A DNA stretch of 64,000 nt from a virus (Duplodnaviria > Heunggongvirae > Uroviricota > Caudoviricetes). Position numbers and translations under genes: made by a program. Positions within the stretch are counted from its first letter, which is position 1; the number at the start of each line of letters is the position of its first letter. The DNA lies in IMG/VR virus record IMGVR_UViG_3300042401_001180, one strand, 5' to 3'. Positions 1-8,971 of this stretch are shown one piece after another. The notes under the pieces were generated by a model that saw nothing but the letters and a program-made list of their open reading frames with translations, ran no database searches and was not told the origin of the DNA.

Positions 1-61
1 TTATCCAATCAATGTTTTGAATAATGTGTTTTTTACTTAGAAACCTCTTGTTGAATCCCAT
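1..61 (-). CDS. Small hypothetical phage protein, 5' part only (runs off window)
   Basis: Hand-translated MGFNKRFLSKKHIIQNIDWI...; ATG at 59-61 overlaps the end of the upstream ORF. Confidence 0.55.
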   Translation of the reverse strand, partial: MGFNKRFLSKKHIIQNIDWI

Positions 62-173
62 TTTTTTGATTTTTAATCTCCAAATAAATTTTTCTGATTT
101 CTTTACCTAAATCATAATCGTTAGGATTTTCTTTTACTAATTGTGCTAAAACTGTTAATTCGATGTGTTCCAT
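33..173 (-). CDS. Small hypothetical protein (46 aa)
   Basis: Hand-translated MEHIELTVLAQLVKENPNDYDLGKEIRKIYLEIKNQKNGIQQEVSK*; preceded by a TTGACA-N17-TACTTT promoter. Confidence 0.6.
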   Translation of the reverse strand: MEHIELTVLAQLVKENPNDYDLGKEIRKIYLEIKNQKNGIQQEVSK

Positions 174-188
174 AATGTTTTTATTTAA

Positions 189-217
189 AAAGTATTAAAT
201 TATTACTTACTTGTCAA
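189..217 (-). promoter_or_regulatory. Sigma70-type promoter TTGACA-N17-TACTTT
   Basis: Minus strand TTGACA (212-217), 17-nt spacer, TACTTT (189-194), 15 nt upstream of ORF 33..173. Confidence 0.6.
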
Positions 218-952
218 ATTATTACTCTTAATAAATTTTGATTGTATCATATAATTCATAATTTTTCTTTTAACGATTGGTAGTAGTGTTTCTTTTAACG
301 GGTAACTATTATTGTGGTTTACAGTAAACACTATTAAATTTCTATGTATTTCTTCGTTTTTTAAATTTTTAATTAAAGAGGTTTTAACTGTTTTTAATTT
401 TTCATTAAAGTCCCCTTTTGGACATTCACATATTTTTTTAACGTGACATTTAGTTTCAAAACTATCTTTTTTAATTTGTTTAATAATAAATTCATATAGA
501 TATGTTTTTTCTTTATAGTCTAAAAAGAAAAGTCCTTGTTTTGGTTCTATATTTTTTGGGTTTTGTACTACTTCAATAGAAACTGTATCATTAACAATAT
601 CCCATATTGCTTTTGCATGATTAAAATAGTCTCGTAGGTTTTCAGTTGAGTATTTACAGACGTTGTATACTTCAAGAATCTCTTCTTTGGTAAGTAACGG
701 ACAATCGACTGGTATTAAATCTGAAATGAGTATTTCGTCATCAGGATCTTTTAATTGTCTCCCTAATGTAAGATATTGTCCTTTTTCAATTAATAAATTG
801 ATACTTGCAAGATGCAAGGATATCTCTTGGAACTGTGGGTATAATTTTAAATTGTTTAGATTTTTATCTAATTTTTGTAGATAATCTAAAAGTACGTACT
901 GTTTGTGCTCTAAATCTATGGGTTCTTGAAATAACCAATCTGTTTTCATCAC
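203..952 (-). CDS. Hypothetical protein (249 aa)
   Basis: Long ORF co-oriented with neighbours; no recognised motif. Confidence 0.8.
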   Translation of the reverse strand: MMKTDWLFQEPIDLEHKQYVLLDYLQKLDKNLNNLKLYPQFQEISLHLASINLLIEKGQYLTLGRQLKDPDDEILISDLIPVDCPLLTKEEILEVYNVCKYSTENLRDYFNHAKAIWDIVNDTVSIEVVQNPKNIEPKQGLFFLDYKEKTYLYEFIIKQIKKDSFETKCHVKKICECPKGDFNEKLKTVKTSLIKNLKNEEIHRNLIVFTVNHNNSYPLKETLLPIVKRKIMNYMIQSKFIKSNNLTSK

Positions 953-1026
953 TAAATAATAATAAATTATAACATAGTGTAAATTATAATTTATTTTAAA
1001 TTGTATACGTCACCCAACCATTTGAA

Positions 1027-1434
1027 CTAAATGAGTTCGTTGGCATAGACTTTGGTTCCCCTTAAATTGTATATGTCACCCAACCACGTTTCTATAAGTG
1101 ACTGAGTTTCATCATAGCTAAGCCCAAAACCTTCTTCTAAAACTGACCATATTTCATTATAATCAATGTAAACATCTTTATGTGTTTTATAGTAAGTTAT
1201 CAGTTCTTCATTTTCTCTACGTCCAAATAAAATAAATTTTTCACTATCAAAAACGTCAAGATCGTTATAAAGATTAAGAAAATCCATTGGGTTATTTATG
1301 TGCATCAATTCCAATAAGTTTTCGGATCCATTAACCAATTCCGCGGTACCTTTCCAACCAAACTCTTTAACTTGTTGTTTTAAAGTTTGTTTAAGACTTT
1401 CTTCTTTTAGTATTTTTTTAATTATATGTTTCAT
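1027..1434 (-). CDS. Hypothetical protein with MKHIIKKILKEE leader (putative virion-internal protein); amber stop followed by in-frame repeat
   Basis: ORF track; TAG at 1027-1029 is followed in frame by FKWLGDVYNLK*, which repeats TWLGDIYNLR. Confidence 0.75.
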   Translation of the reverse strand: MKHIIKKILKEESLKQTLKQQVKEFGWKGTAELVNGSENLLELMHINNPMDFLNLYNDLDVFDSEKFILFGRRENEELITYYKTHKDVYIDYNEIWSVLEEGFGLSYDETQSLIETWLGDIYNLRGTKVYANELI

Positions 1435-1435
1435 A

Positions 1436-2644
1436 TTAATTGTGTCTCATTACGTGATACCACTTACCATTTACCTTATATTCATCGTCATTTCCATCGT
1501 ATCCGTTTAAAATTTCACCGTAACCATCATGACTTATGATGTCTTCACAAACACCATCAATATCAACAAATTGTAATATGTATTTAGGTTCATAACCCAT
1601 ATCTTTTAAAAACCCTACAAAGTGATTTGCCGTATCATCAACTTGTGATTGTATGGAGTCTTCAATTCCTTCTTCACTATAATCACCTTCAGGGTTTTCT
1701 TTAATATCTTCAACAATGTCTTCAATATTTGATATTTCGTCTTCAATTCCTTCAGTTTCTTCGTCTGTTAATTCTTCGTTTTCTAATCTAGAATTTAACC
1801 TTTCTAATTTTTGTTCATATATTTCAATATATTTTTCTTGTTGTGAAGTTAATTCTTTTTCTATCCCAAAATCTTCAGGAGAATCTCTTACGCCTCCCTC
1901 ATAAAAATCATATAACCAATCTTGTATTTCTTCATCATCTAAATTATTTTCCCAAACATTCTCATAAAACGAGTCAAAACCCATCTCATCTATTCTTTGT
2001 TTTAATGATTCAGTTGCTGCGTAGTGAATTTTATCATCAGGAATTACAATCCATTCACTCTCAAACTTATCTGACCCTAACCACTCAAACATTGATGAGT
2101 TTCCATAGGATGTGTACTTAGTTTTCCAAATAAAATATTTATCTTCTTCTACTTCTTCCCCTTCGTCGTTTTCATATTCACTTTCAATACCTTCACTTCT
2201 TAAGTGCATATAAAGAGCCTCAGTTTCATTCGATACATCGTCATTGTTAGTAACGTCCCATTCACCCTCTTGTCTGTACCCATCAAGAGTATCTAACTTT
2301 TGGTTTAAAATTCTCCTTTTTTCTATACTGTACATTGTACTGTGCCAATAACTAAATCTACCCTTAACTTTATTTTTATCAAAATAAGATATATTTGTAC
2401 TATTAATACTTAAATCACCATCAACATAATCAATACTATCAATATTTGATATGTCTTTATAACCATTTAAGTCTAAGTCTCCAGTAATTCTGATTTTTTT
2501 ACCATTATAATCAGGTAATCTTTTTATTATTGCACCGTTACCATTAACATATTTTAAAAGATCCATATAATATTCAGGCGAAACATCAACCCATTCCTCA
2601 TCCTGTTCTTTTAAAACCCTTCTAATTATATTTTTTAAATTCAT
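1436..2644 (-). CDS. Acidic hypothetical protein with IIRRVLKEQ leader and short LRR/L-domain-like repeat
   Basis: Start refined to MNLKNIIRRVLKE (2644), directly behind TATTTAT; ITGDLDLNG..VDGDLSINST repeats; D/E-rich coiled-coil middle. Confidence 0.8.
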   Translation of the reverse strand: MNLKNIIRRVLKEQDEEWVDVSPEYYMDLLKYVNGNGAIIKRLPDYNGKKIRITGDLDLNGYKDISNIDSIDYVDGDLSINSTNISYFDKNKVKGRFSYWHSTMYSIEKRRILNQKLDTLDGYRQEGEWDVTNNDDVSNETEALYMHLRSEGIESEYENDEGEEVEEDKYFIWKTKYTSYGNSSMFEWLGSDKFESEWIVIPDDKIHYAATESLKQRIDEMGFDSFYENVWENNLDDEEIQDWLYDFYEGGVRDSPEDFGIEKELTSQQEKYIEIYEQKLERLNSRLENEELTDEETEGIEDEISNIEDIVEDIKENPEGDYSEEGIEDSIQSQVDDTANHFVGFLKDMGYEPKYILQFVDIDGVCEDIISHDGYGEILNGYDGNDDEYKVNGKWYHVMRHN

Positions 2645-2732
2645 ATAATATAAATACTTTCTATTTACAAATGATTCTTTTACTGTTATCAAATATTTAT
2701 ATAAAACATAAACTGATTAAAAACATTAAGCC

Positions 2733-2885
2733 ATGGGATGCGGATGTAAAAACAAAAACAACGGTCAACAAGCACAACCAGAAACGACTAACGGAGTTGT
2801 AGTTAACACACAACAACAACAAAACAATGAGTCTGTTAAAAGTGCAGTTACAAAAATTGTTGAAAAATATTACAATAAAAAATAA
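2733..2885 (+). CDS. Microprotein with MGCGCK N-terminus (50 aa)
   Basis: Hand-translated MGCGCKNKNNGQQAQPETTNGVVVNTQQQQNNESVKSAVTKIVEKYYNKK*; TATTTAT at 2694-2700 upstream. Confidence 0.7.
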   Translation: MGCGCKNKNNGQQAQPETTNGVVVNTQQQQNNESVKSAVTKIVEKYYNKK

Positions 2886-2949
2886 TTACTGTTTAAGGTA
2901 TTATTTTTTTTATTTAAGATTGTTTAAAATAAACAATTAAATAAAAACT

Positions 2950-3837
2950 ATGAGCACAGTAAACGTTTACAACTTCTTAGATGGTGTTAACCTTTGCAAT
3001 ATTTTCGCAAATTTAATAGTCTTAAACATAAAAGAATTAGTTCCTGATGCAAAAACTGAAATTACAGTTATAAACGTCAGGAATTTTTTTATTATAAAAG
3101 GACAAACTACTTGTGAAACACTTATTAATATTGCAGAACTATTCCAAAATTACTTAAACCTGTATGATGAAGAATTATCAAAAAAAATAAGAGTATTTGA
3201 TATGGTATTATACGGTAAACAATTTGATGATTTACCTTTAAATATTTCACATAAAGAAGTTAAATCTGAATCTGAAAAAATAATTAATCTACAAAAGTTA
3301 ATTAACGGATTCACAAAAAATAAAATCTACTTTAACATCAAATTAGACGAACAATCTAAATTATTATTTTTTGATTGTACCGATAACCAATACAACGAGA
3401 TAAAGTTAATTCTTGAGAAACACTTTGATGGTTATGAGTATATTAAACATGACTTTTCAAATGAGGTTTATGTGTCAGAAAAATTGTATGGGTTATCAAT
3501 GCATAATGAAAAACCATATTTATTCTTATTAAAGTTCATAACAGATCACCTATTTAAGTTAGGAATAAGTAAAGAAATTGATTTATCAATTAATACTAAT
3601 TTAAATACTTTGGATTTGAATAACGAGACAATTAATCTTAAAATTAAAAATCTTAATCACATTGTTAATAAAGATTGGTTAGAATCTTTAGTTATGGATG
3701 TGTTTCCTTTTGATTTACCAACATTAAAAGATAAATTTAAAGATTGTGATAATCTAATTAATCTTATTGTTGAATGTAATTTAGAGGATTACTCATTATC
3801 CGATTTATCGGTAAGACATGAAATGATTTTAATCTAA
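2950..3837 (+). CDS. Degenerate S-adenosylmethionine synthetase (MetK)-like protein
   Basis: N-terminus LCNIFANLIVLNIKELVPDAKTEITVINVRNFFIIKGQTT aligns by eye with MetK ICDQISDAILDAILAQDP..RVACETLVTTGLV.VAGEITT; catalytic GHPDK absent. Confidence 0.5.
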   Translation: MSTVNVYNFLDGVNLCNIFANLIVLNIKELVPDAKTEITVINVRNFFIIKGQTTCETLINIAELFQNYLNLYDEELSKKIRVFDMVLYGKQFDDLPLNISHKEVKSESEKIINLQKLINGFTKNKIYFNIKLDEQSKLLFFDCTDNQYNEIKLILEKHFDGYEYIKHDFSNEVYVSEKLYGLSMHNEKPYLFLLKFITDHLFKLGISKEIDLSINTNLNTLDLNNETINLKIKNLNHIVNKDWLESLVMDVFPFDLPTLKDKFKDCDNLINLIVECNLEDYSLSDLSVRHEMILI

Positions 3838-4116
3838 AAGATATTCTTTAACCATTTTAACGCCCTCGTAAATGTCTTGATAGTCTCTATCGGGGGCTAA
3901 TAATTTAACATTACTTGTTTCATCATTTTCCCCTATGGTTAATAACATAAGTGCAGGAACATACTCGTTATTAGTGATTTTAGTAAATTCATCATACTCC
4001 TCCTCAAATTCGTCAATATCTCTTTCAATAAATAATATATTATTTTTTGTCAATTCTTCTTTAATATGGGTACAATGTGGACACCCATTCATTGTATAAA
4101 CAACCGTCACTTTCAT
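3829..4116 (-). CDS. Glutaredoxin / NrdH-like redoxin
   Basis: VVYTMNGCPHC active site, VPALM cis-Pro motif, 95 aa. Confidence 0.9.
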   Translation of the reverse strand: MKVTVVYTMNGCPHCTHIKEELTKNNILFIERDIDEFEEEYDEFTKITNNEYVPALMLLTIGENDETSNVKLLAPDRDYQDIYEGVKMVKEYLLD

Positions 4117-4118
4117 AA

Positions 4119-4457
4119 TTAATTAATTGTATAAAATTTTTTCAAACCATTTATAAGTAGTGTAAATGTTTGATCTTCAACACCATCATTTAATATATAT
4201 AGTTTATATACGTTTTCATCTTCATTTCTGTCATAATAAACTATTAACTTACCATATTCTATTACCCCCTCAAGATCAACAGTAAAATCAGATAATAATA
4301 TTTTATTATACCACAATCTTTTATTTTTTACCATTAATGTTTTTAACCCATCATATGTTATATTTCTAAGTCTAGTAATTGAAGGGTAAGTTCCATATTT
4401 TTTTAAAAATACATTAATAACATGTTCAGGTATAATGTTTTCTTTATTTTCTTCCAT
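4119..4457 (-). CDS. Hypothetical protein (112 aa)
   Basis: ORF abutting neighbours within 2-3 nt. Confidence 0.75.
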   Translation of the reverse strand: MEENKENIIPEHVINVFLKKYGTYPSITRLRNITYDGLKTLMVKNKRLWYNKILLSDFTVDLEGVIEYGKLIVYYDRNEDENVYKLYILNDGVEDQTFTLLINGLKKFYTIN

Positions 4458-4459
4458 AT

Positions 4460-6133
4460 TTAAGGTAAATCTTCAAATAAATAATAATTAGGTTCATTTT
4501 CTAGTAAAGAGTTACCATCACTCCATACAGGATACATATTTCTAATTTTATCCTCGTCTTTAAATTCTGCAAAACATTTAATGGTTTTACCGTTTGGAAA
4601 TCTCTTTGACATTTCAGGTAATTTAATCATACCTTTAGTATAGAGATAGTTTGCAAATCCCTCCAACTCGTGAATTGGTGACAACCATTCTTCTGATAAC
4701 CCTTTATTATATTTACCCAATTTCTGAACCACTTTAAGTCCATCTACCCCATATCGGAACTCAATACTGGCTCTCTTATCTCCTGTTACACTACCGTTTC
4801 TTAAAGAGACAATAAAACAGTAAGGTTTCTCACTATATGTTCTTACACAGTTACTTTGTACCATAGATTCCCCTTCATATTGTTCTGTAGTTTTTAATAA
4901 TACAGGATAATACGTTTCACCATTATGGTTAATTGGTTTTTCAATCAAATAAGAGTCCTCCCCATAAAATCTTGTAACAACTCCAGTACGATATGATTGT
5001 ACAAGTGATGACCATTCAGAATGTTCTTTTACATAATCATCATAATTAGTTGCTGTAATTTTAACAAATTCTCCATATTTTTTTAAAGACAACTTATATT
5101 GGAGGTGATCGTTAAGCGAATTTAATAAAGTTTCTGTCGTTGTGGTATTTAATATTTTAATGATGTTTTTTAATTCTGTTTTACTAACATCCAAAAATTC
5201 AGTACCGTAGTACCCAAAACCACTAAGTTCAACCCTTCCTTCAGTTAAAAAACATTCAGAATTAATGGTGTTAAATATATCCTGACTTAACATATTATAA
5301 AATACATTAATTCCATTAATATCGATATTATCATACTTATTCAGTAGTTCTCTAATTTTAGTACCCTTAAAATTGTTTTTTTTCATAAACCAAGTAACTA
5401 AATTATTACCCTGCTCTCTAATTTCCTTTTTAGGACTATAATATGTTACAAACTTTGAGAATGCGTCAGGATATTTAATACCAGAAATTTTAAGATATAG
5501 TTGGTAAAACTTGTCTCTTGGGGTTAAATCCTCTTTATCAAATTTTATGTTCATTCTTTCAGAAACTCTATTTAAAAATGAATTAATGACTTCATTGGTA
5601 AGATAATTACTATCGGTATGTTCAGTAGCAAAATGCGTCATAAAATATGATATTTGATTATATACATCCATTGAGTATATATCCGTTTTATTCATAGACA
5701 TTTTTGAACCGATTTTAGCTATTTTTTTAAGTCTAAGTATTCCTGAATAAAAAGTTTTTCTTTTAATGTTGAAGGTTAAATAACTAATTTCTCTCCTAAC
5801 TATAAAATACTTTTTTGCTACATCCCTGTGGTTCCTGTAGGTATAACATTTAAGAGCGATTTTATTTTCGTTTTCTTCTATAACTAATGTCTTTCTCATC
5901 ATAGTTAACGATGAAAGGGGATTCGCATAGTTTTCTAAAAAAACAGTCTCATCTTCTGATACGAATTTTGGTTTAAAAGATCCTTGTGGGGTTGATCGTA
6001 TACCAGAATTTAAACCAAAATCAAAAAGATCGTCTTCAATTGGGGGGTTTGTTACCAATTCATTAAAATTTTCAAAAACTTCGGTTGTATATTTACGAAT
6101 TTCTTTTTTAAATAATGTCGTCATTTCAGACAT
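4460..6133 (-). CDS. PcfJ-like domain protein
   Basis: C-terminal EGESMVQSNCVRTY...RASIEF...QKLGKYN pattern typical of PcfJ-like domains. Confidence 0.65.
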   Translation of the reverse strand: MSEMTTLFKKEIRKYTTEVFENFNELVTNPPIEDDLFDFGLNSGIRSTPQGSFKPKFVSEDETVFLENYANPLSSLTMMRKTLVIEENENKIALKCYTYRNHRDVAKKYFIVRREISYLTFNIKRKTFYSGILRLKKIAKIGSKMSMNKTDIYSMDVYNQISYFMTHFATEHTDSNYLTNEVINSFLNRVSERMNIKFDKEDLTPRDKFYQLYLKISGIKYPDAFSKFVTYYSPKKEIREQGNNLVTWFMKKNNFKGTKIRELLNKYDNIDINGINVFYNMLSQDIFNTINSECFLTEGRVELSGFGYYGTEFLDVSKTELKNIIKILNTTTTETLLNSLNDHLQYKLSLKKYGEFVKITATNYDDYVKEHSEWSSLVQSYRTGVVTRFYGEDSYLIEKPINHNGETYYPVLLKTTEQYEGESMVQSNCVRTYSEKPYCFIVSLRNGSVTGDKRASIEFRYGVDGLKVVQKLGKYNKGLSEEWLSPIHELEGFANYLYTKGMIKLPEMSKRFPNGKTIKCFAEFKDEDKIRNMYPVWSDGNSLLENEPNYYLFEDLP

Positions 6134-6154
6134 AAAAATAATATTATAAGGTTA

Positions 6155-6445
6155 CTAATTCAAACAAATAGACCCCATATGGTGTTCCATAAATGGGATT
6201 AATCTTTTTTCTACGGTTTCTTTTGTCCCACCATTTAAATCAACAATAAGAGTTAAGATTTGTTTTCTTGTTGGTTCAAGTGGGGTATCTTCTTTTTTGG
6301 AATTTTCTTCTACAATGGATCTAATACCATCAAAGAATTTTTCAGCGTTAACGTCTCCGACTAACATTTTTAATTGTTTGGGGTTCTTATCAAAGAACCC
6401 CTTAAATTGTGTCATATAAATATCAATGTCAACATTCATTACCAA
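6155..6445 (-). CDS. Hypothetical protein (96 aa)
   Basis: ORF with tandem TAG-TAA stops; Bacteroidota-type promoter upstream. Confidence 0.75.
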   Translation of the reverse strand: MVMNVDIDIYMTQFKGFFDKNPKQLKMLVGDVNAEKFFDGIRSIVEENSKKEDTPLEPTRKQILTLIVDLNGGTKETVEKRLIPFMEHHMGSICLN

Positions 6446-6461
6446 TACATTTAAAGTTTAT

Positions 6462-6492
6462 CAAAAATACAAAATCTTCTTGATGTGCCCAA
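6462..6492 (-). promoter_or_regulatory. Bacteroidota-type promoter TTG-N20-TATTTTTG
   Basis: -7 TAnnTTTG at 6462-6469, TTG at 6490-6492, 20-nt spacer. Confidence 0.6.
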
Positions 6493-6497
6493 CTTTT

Positions 6498-7865
6498 TTA
6501 CGCAAATAAATGGAAATTGTCGTCCTGATCTATTTTTTGTTTTAACGAATCAGGGACAACACTACTCGCATTACTATTTTTCAAGTTGATTACAGTCAAT
6601 TTAGTAAGGTTTGCAAGACAGCTCGGTAACATTTGTAGTCCTGGGTTATCAGGTAATGAAAGGAATTGTAATTTTTCAAGGTTACAAACCGATTCAGGGA
6701 ATTTACCAACACATCCAACTAAATGTAATGCTGTTAAATTTTTAAATTTACCGATACTATCAGGAATGTTTAATGATATGTCAGCACCACCTTTTTTAAC
6801 AAACTCAAGTCTTTCAATGTTTTCAGGTAAAGTTTCAAAAAACTCTTCAAAACCATAAAGAGCAATGAATTTAGATGCAGAATCACTAGGGTAGTTAACC
6901 GATACTTTAGTACCACCTTTAGATGCTAATCCTGACATAAATTCAGGTTTAAAGTATTCTTTAAGTCCTGGTTCTTGTTCATTCAAGAACTCAACCAAAT
7001 CAATGTTTCTATCATCAGGTGTCATAAACTGATTAGATGGGAAGTGGAATTGTATTCTATATGCTGGAAGTCCTGATTTTTCCCCTAAATCCATACTACC
7101 TGTAAATTTACGTGGTGAGTTAGGAATAACAACATATAAAGGACCTTCTTTAATGTATCTATCAAACCAAGTTAAACCTGGAGATGATGTACACCATCTT
7201 GTTTCACCTCTTTGTGGTTCCAAATAGTTTCCACCGTAAAAACACGCGGCGTCTTTACCTAATTGTCCTTGATCTGAAATACGAGCAACTGTCCAATCAG
7301 AACCTTTATAAACGATGTCAGCACCTGGATGTTGGTATGTTTTAGATGCCTCTTTTTTCTCGTCAGCAGTTGCCTTAGTTTTTTCTAATGAGAAGTCTTT
7401 AACTTGATCATATAGAGTCTCAGGTGTTAATTTATTAATATCTCTAGCCTCTTGTGGTAATCTGTTTTTAAATCTTTCAAATTTCATTAAGTCACCTGTA
7501 ACTTTATATAAATCCTCCATAAACAATTCTTGGTATTGTTTGATTAATTGTTTAGCGGCAGGACTATTTGGATCAGTAATACCACTATCAGATTCAATGT
7601 TAGGTGTGACATAGTTTTTAAGTATCCATTGGGTATATTTTCCAATCTTAATTTTTTCCATATCCTCCTGTCTAATCCCTTCAGCAGACATACCTTCAGG
7701 TACTCTTGAGGTAGGGTCAGCAGCAATGATTTCAAATAAGATGGAAAGTGGCATTATACCCTTTCTTGTTTCCTTGTTTGGTTTTACATATTTGTCAAAT
7801 AAGACTTGGAATCTTGAACTTTCAATAATCAAATCTCTTAGGATGTTCGTAAATTTAATAGCCAT
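6498..7865 (-). CDS. Protein with central WCTS domain and C-terminal leucine-rich repeats
   Basis: GETRWCTS motif; LRR-type IPDSIGKFKNLTALHL, FPESVCNLEKLQFLSL, LPSCLANLTKLTVINL; LIIE leader. Confidence 0.75.
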   Translation of the reverse strand: MAIKFTNILRDLIIESSRFQVLFDKYVKPNKETRKGIMPLSILFEIIAADPTSRVPEGMSAEGIRQEDMEKIKIGKYTQWILKNYVTPNIESDSGITDPNSPAAKQLIKQYQELFMEDLYKVTGDLMKFERFKNRLPQEARDINKLTPETLYDQVKDFSLEKTKATADEKKEASKTYQHPGADIVYKGSDWTVARISDQGQLGKDAACFYGGNYLEPQRGETRWCTSSPGLTWFDRYIKEGPLYVVIPNSPRKFTGSMDLGEKSGLPAYRIQFHFPSNQFMTPDDRNIDLVEFLNEQEPGLKEYFKPEFMSGLASKGGTKVSVNYPSDSASKFIALYGFEEFFETLPENIERLEFVKKGGADISLNIPDSIGKFKNLTALHLVGCVGKFPESVCNLEKLQFLSLPDNPGLQMLPSCLANLTKLTVINLKNSNASSVVPDSLKQKIDQDDNFHLFA

Positions 7866-7913
7866 TTTAAATAGTTTTATTAATAAATATCACAAATATA
7901 AGAAAAATATTCT

Positions 7914-8753
7914 TTAATAGTTCATTATTAATAGTTCTTCTCCCATATTTTGTTTTGTTCCCTTTTTTGCGGCTGCCGCTTTTGCAAATTCTTTTTTAAC
8001 CCAAGTATATTGTTCTTCGGGAAACCACTCGCGAAGTAACTCAAAATCGTAGTAAGATAAACTAAACTTACCTTTAACTTCTTTTAGTGTGTTTGCTAAT
8101 CTTTCGTGATCTTGTCTATCAAAATCGTGGTTGGAATAGTAGTTCTCCGTTTTCCAATATGGCGGATCTAAATAGATATATGTTGTTGGTGAGTCGTACT
8201 TTTTAATTACATCGGCAAAATCCATATTTTCAACTTCAGTGATTTTTAAAAAGTGTTCTATCCAATCGGGTTTAGATAGTTTATCTCTGAATGTAAGATA
8301 TTTTGATTTATACTTACCCTTCAAGTCAATAAACGAACTTGTTTCAGGTTTAGAACCACTAAAAACTTGTGTTAGAACATATACGTATTTGGCGGCTACT
8401 TCATAATTACCAGGTTCTACGCTGAAACCTTCATTAAAAATTTCAGCCTGAAACCTTACAAACTGTTCTTTATATATTGGTGGTGTTGGTTCCTCACCAA
8501 ACTTCTGACAATCAATTGCGTTAATTGCCTTCAATAATTCACTTGGATTTTGAACACACTTAAATAGATTGTAATTTAGTGGATTAAAGTCGTTGTAAAC
8601 AACTTTCTTTAGGTTTGGGTACTCTTTCAAGTCCATATTATAGAAACACCAAAACATCCCACCAAATGTTTCTACATACGTTTCCATACTCTTATCATAG
8701 AAAGGGGTTATCCACTTTCCAATTTTACTTTTTCCTCCAATATAACTTAACAT
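7914..8753 (-). CDS. dam: DNA adenine methyltransferase, Dam/D12 class
   Basis: LSYIGGKS, YVETFGG (motif I), YNDFN, IYLDPPY (motif IV), ELLIMNY. Confidence 0.9.
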   Translation of the reverse strand: MLSYIGGKSKIGKWITPFYDKSMETYVETFGGMFWCFYNMDLKEYPNLKKVVYNDFNPLNYNLFKCVQNPSELLKAINAIDCQKFGEEPTPPIYKEQFVRFQAEIFNEGFSVEPGNYEVAAKYVYVLTQVFSGSKPETSSFIDLKGKYKSKYLTFRDKLSKPDWIEHFLKITEVENMDFADVIKKYDSPTTYIYLDPPYWKTENYYSNHDFDRQDHERLANTLKEVKGKFSLSYYDFELLREWFPEEQYTWVKKEFAKAAAAKKGTKQNMGEELLIMNY

Positions 8754-8757
8754 AATA

Positions 8758-8788
8758 CAAATATAGTTTTTTAAATATTTATTTTCAA
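8758..8788 (-). promoter_or_regulatory. Bacteroidota-type promoter TTG-N20-TATATTTG upstream of dam
   Basis: TATATTTG at 8758-8765, TTG at 8786-8788, 20-nt spacer. Confidence 0.65.
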
Positions 8789-8812
8789 CCCCTTTATAAT
8801 TAAAATATAACT

Positions 8813-8971
8813 ATGGAAACTAAAAAAGCAACACAAGTTACAAATTGTAAACAATGTAAAAAAGGTTTAAACTTGACACAAAAATCATTAATAGTGGTGT
8901 CTATCTACATGTTATTTGCCGCAATATACGGAACAATAGAAATAATAAAAGATTTAACTAATTTCTTTTAA
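8813..8971 (+). CDS. Small CxxC + transmembrane protein (52 aa)
   Basis: Hand-translated METKKATQVTNCKQCKKGLNLTQKSLIVVSIYMLFAAIYGTIEIIKDLTNFF*; TATTTAT at 8776-8782. Confidence 0.65.
   Translation: METKKATQVTNCKQCKKGLNLTQKSLIVVSIYMLFAAIYGTIEIIKDLTNFF

Noticed and set aside
1436-2692. ORF-track starts at 2692, and likewise 23070 (sbcC) and 40947 (glycosyltransferase)
   Set aside because: Downstream ATGs (2644, 22980, 40914) fit better with upstream motifs, family N-termini or avoiding overlap with the adjacent gene.
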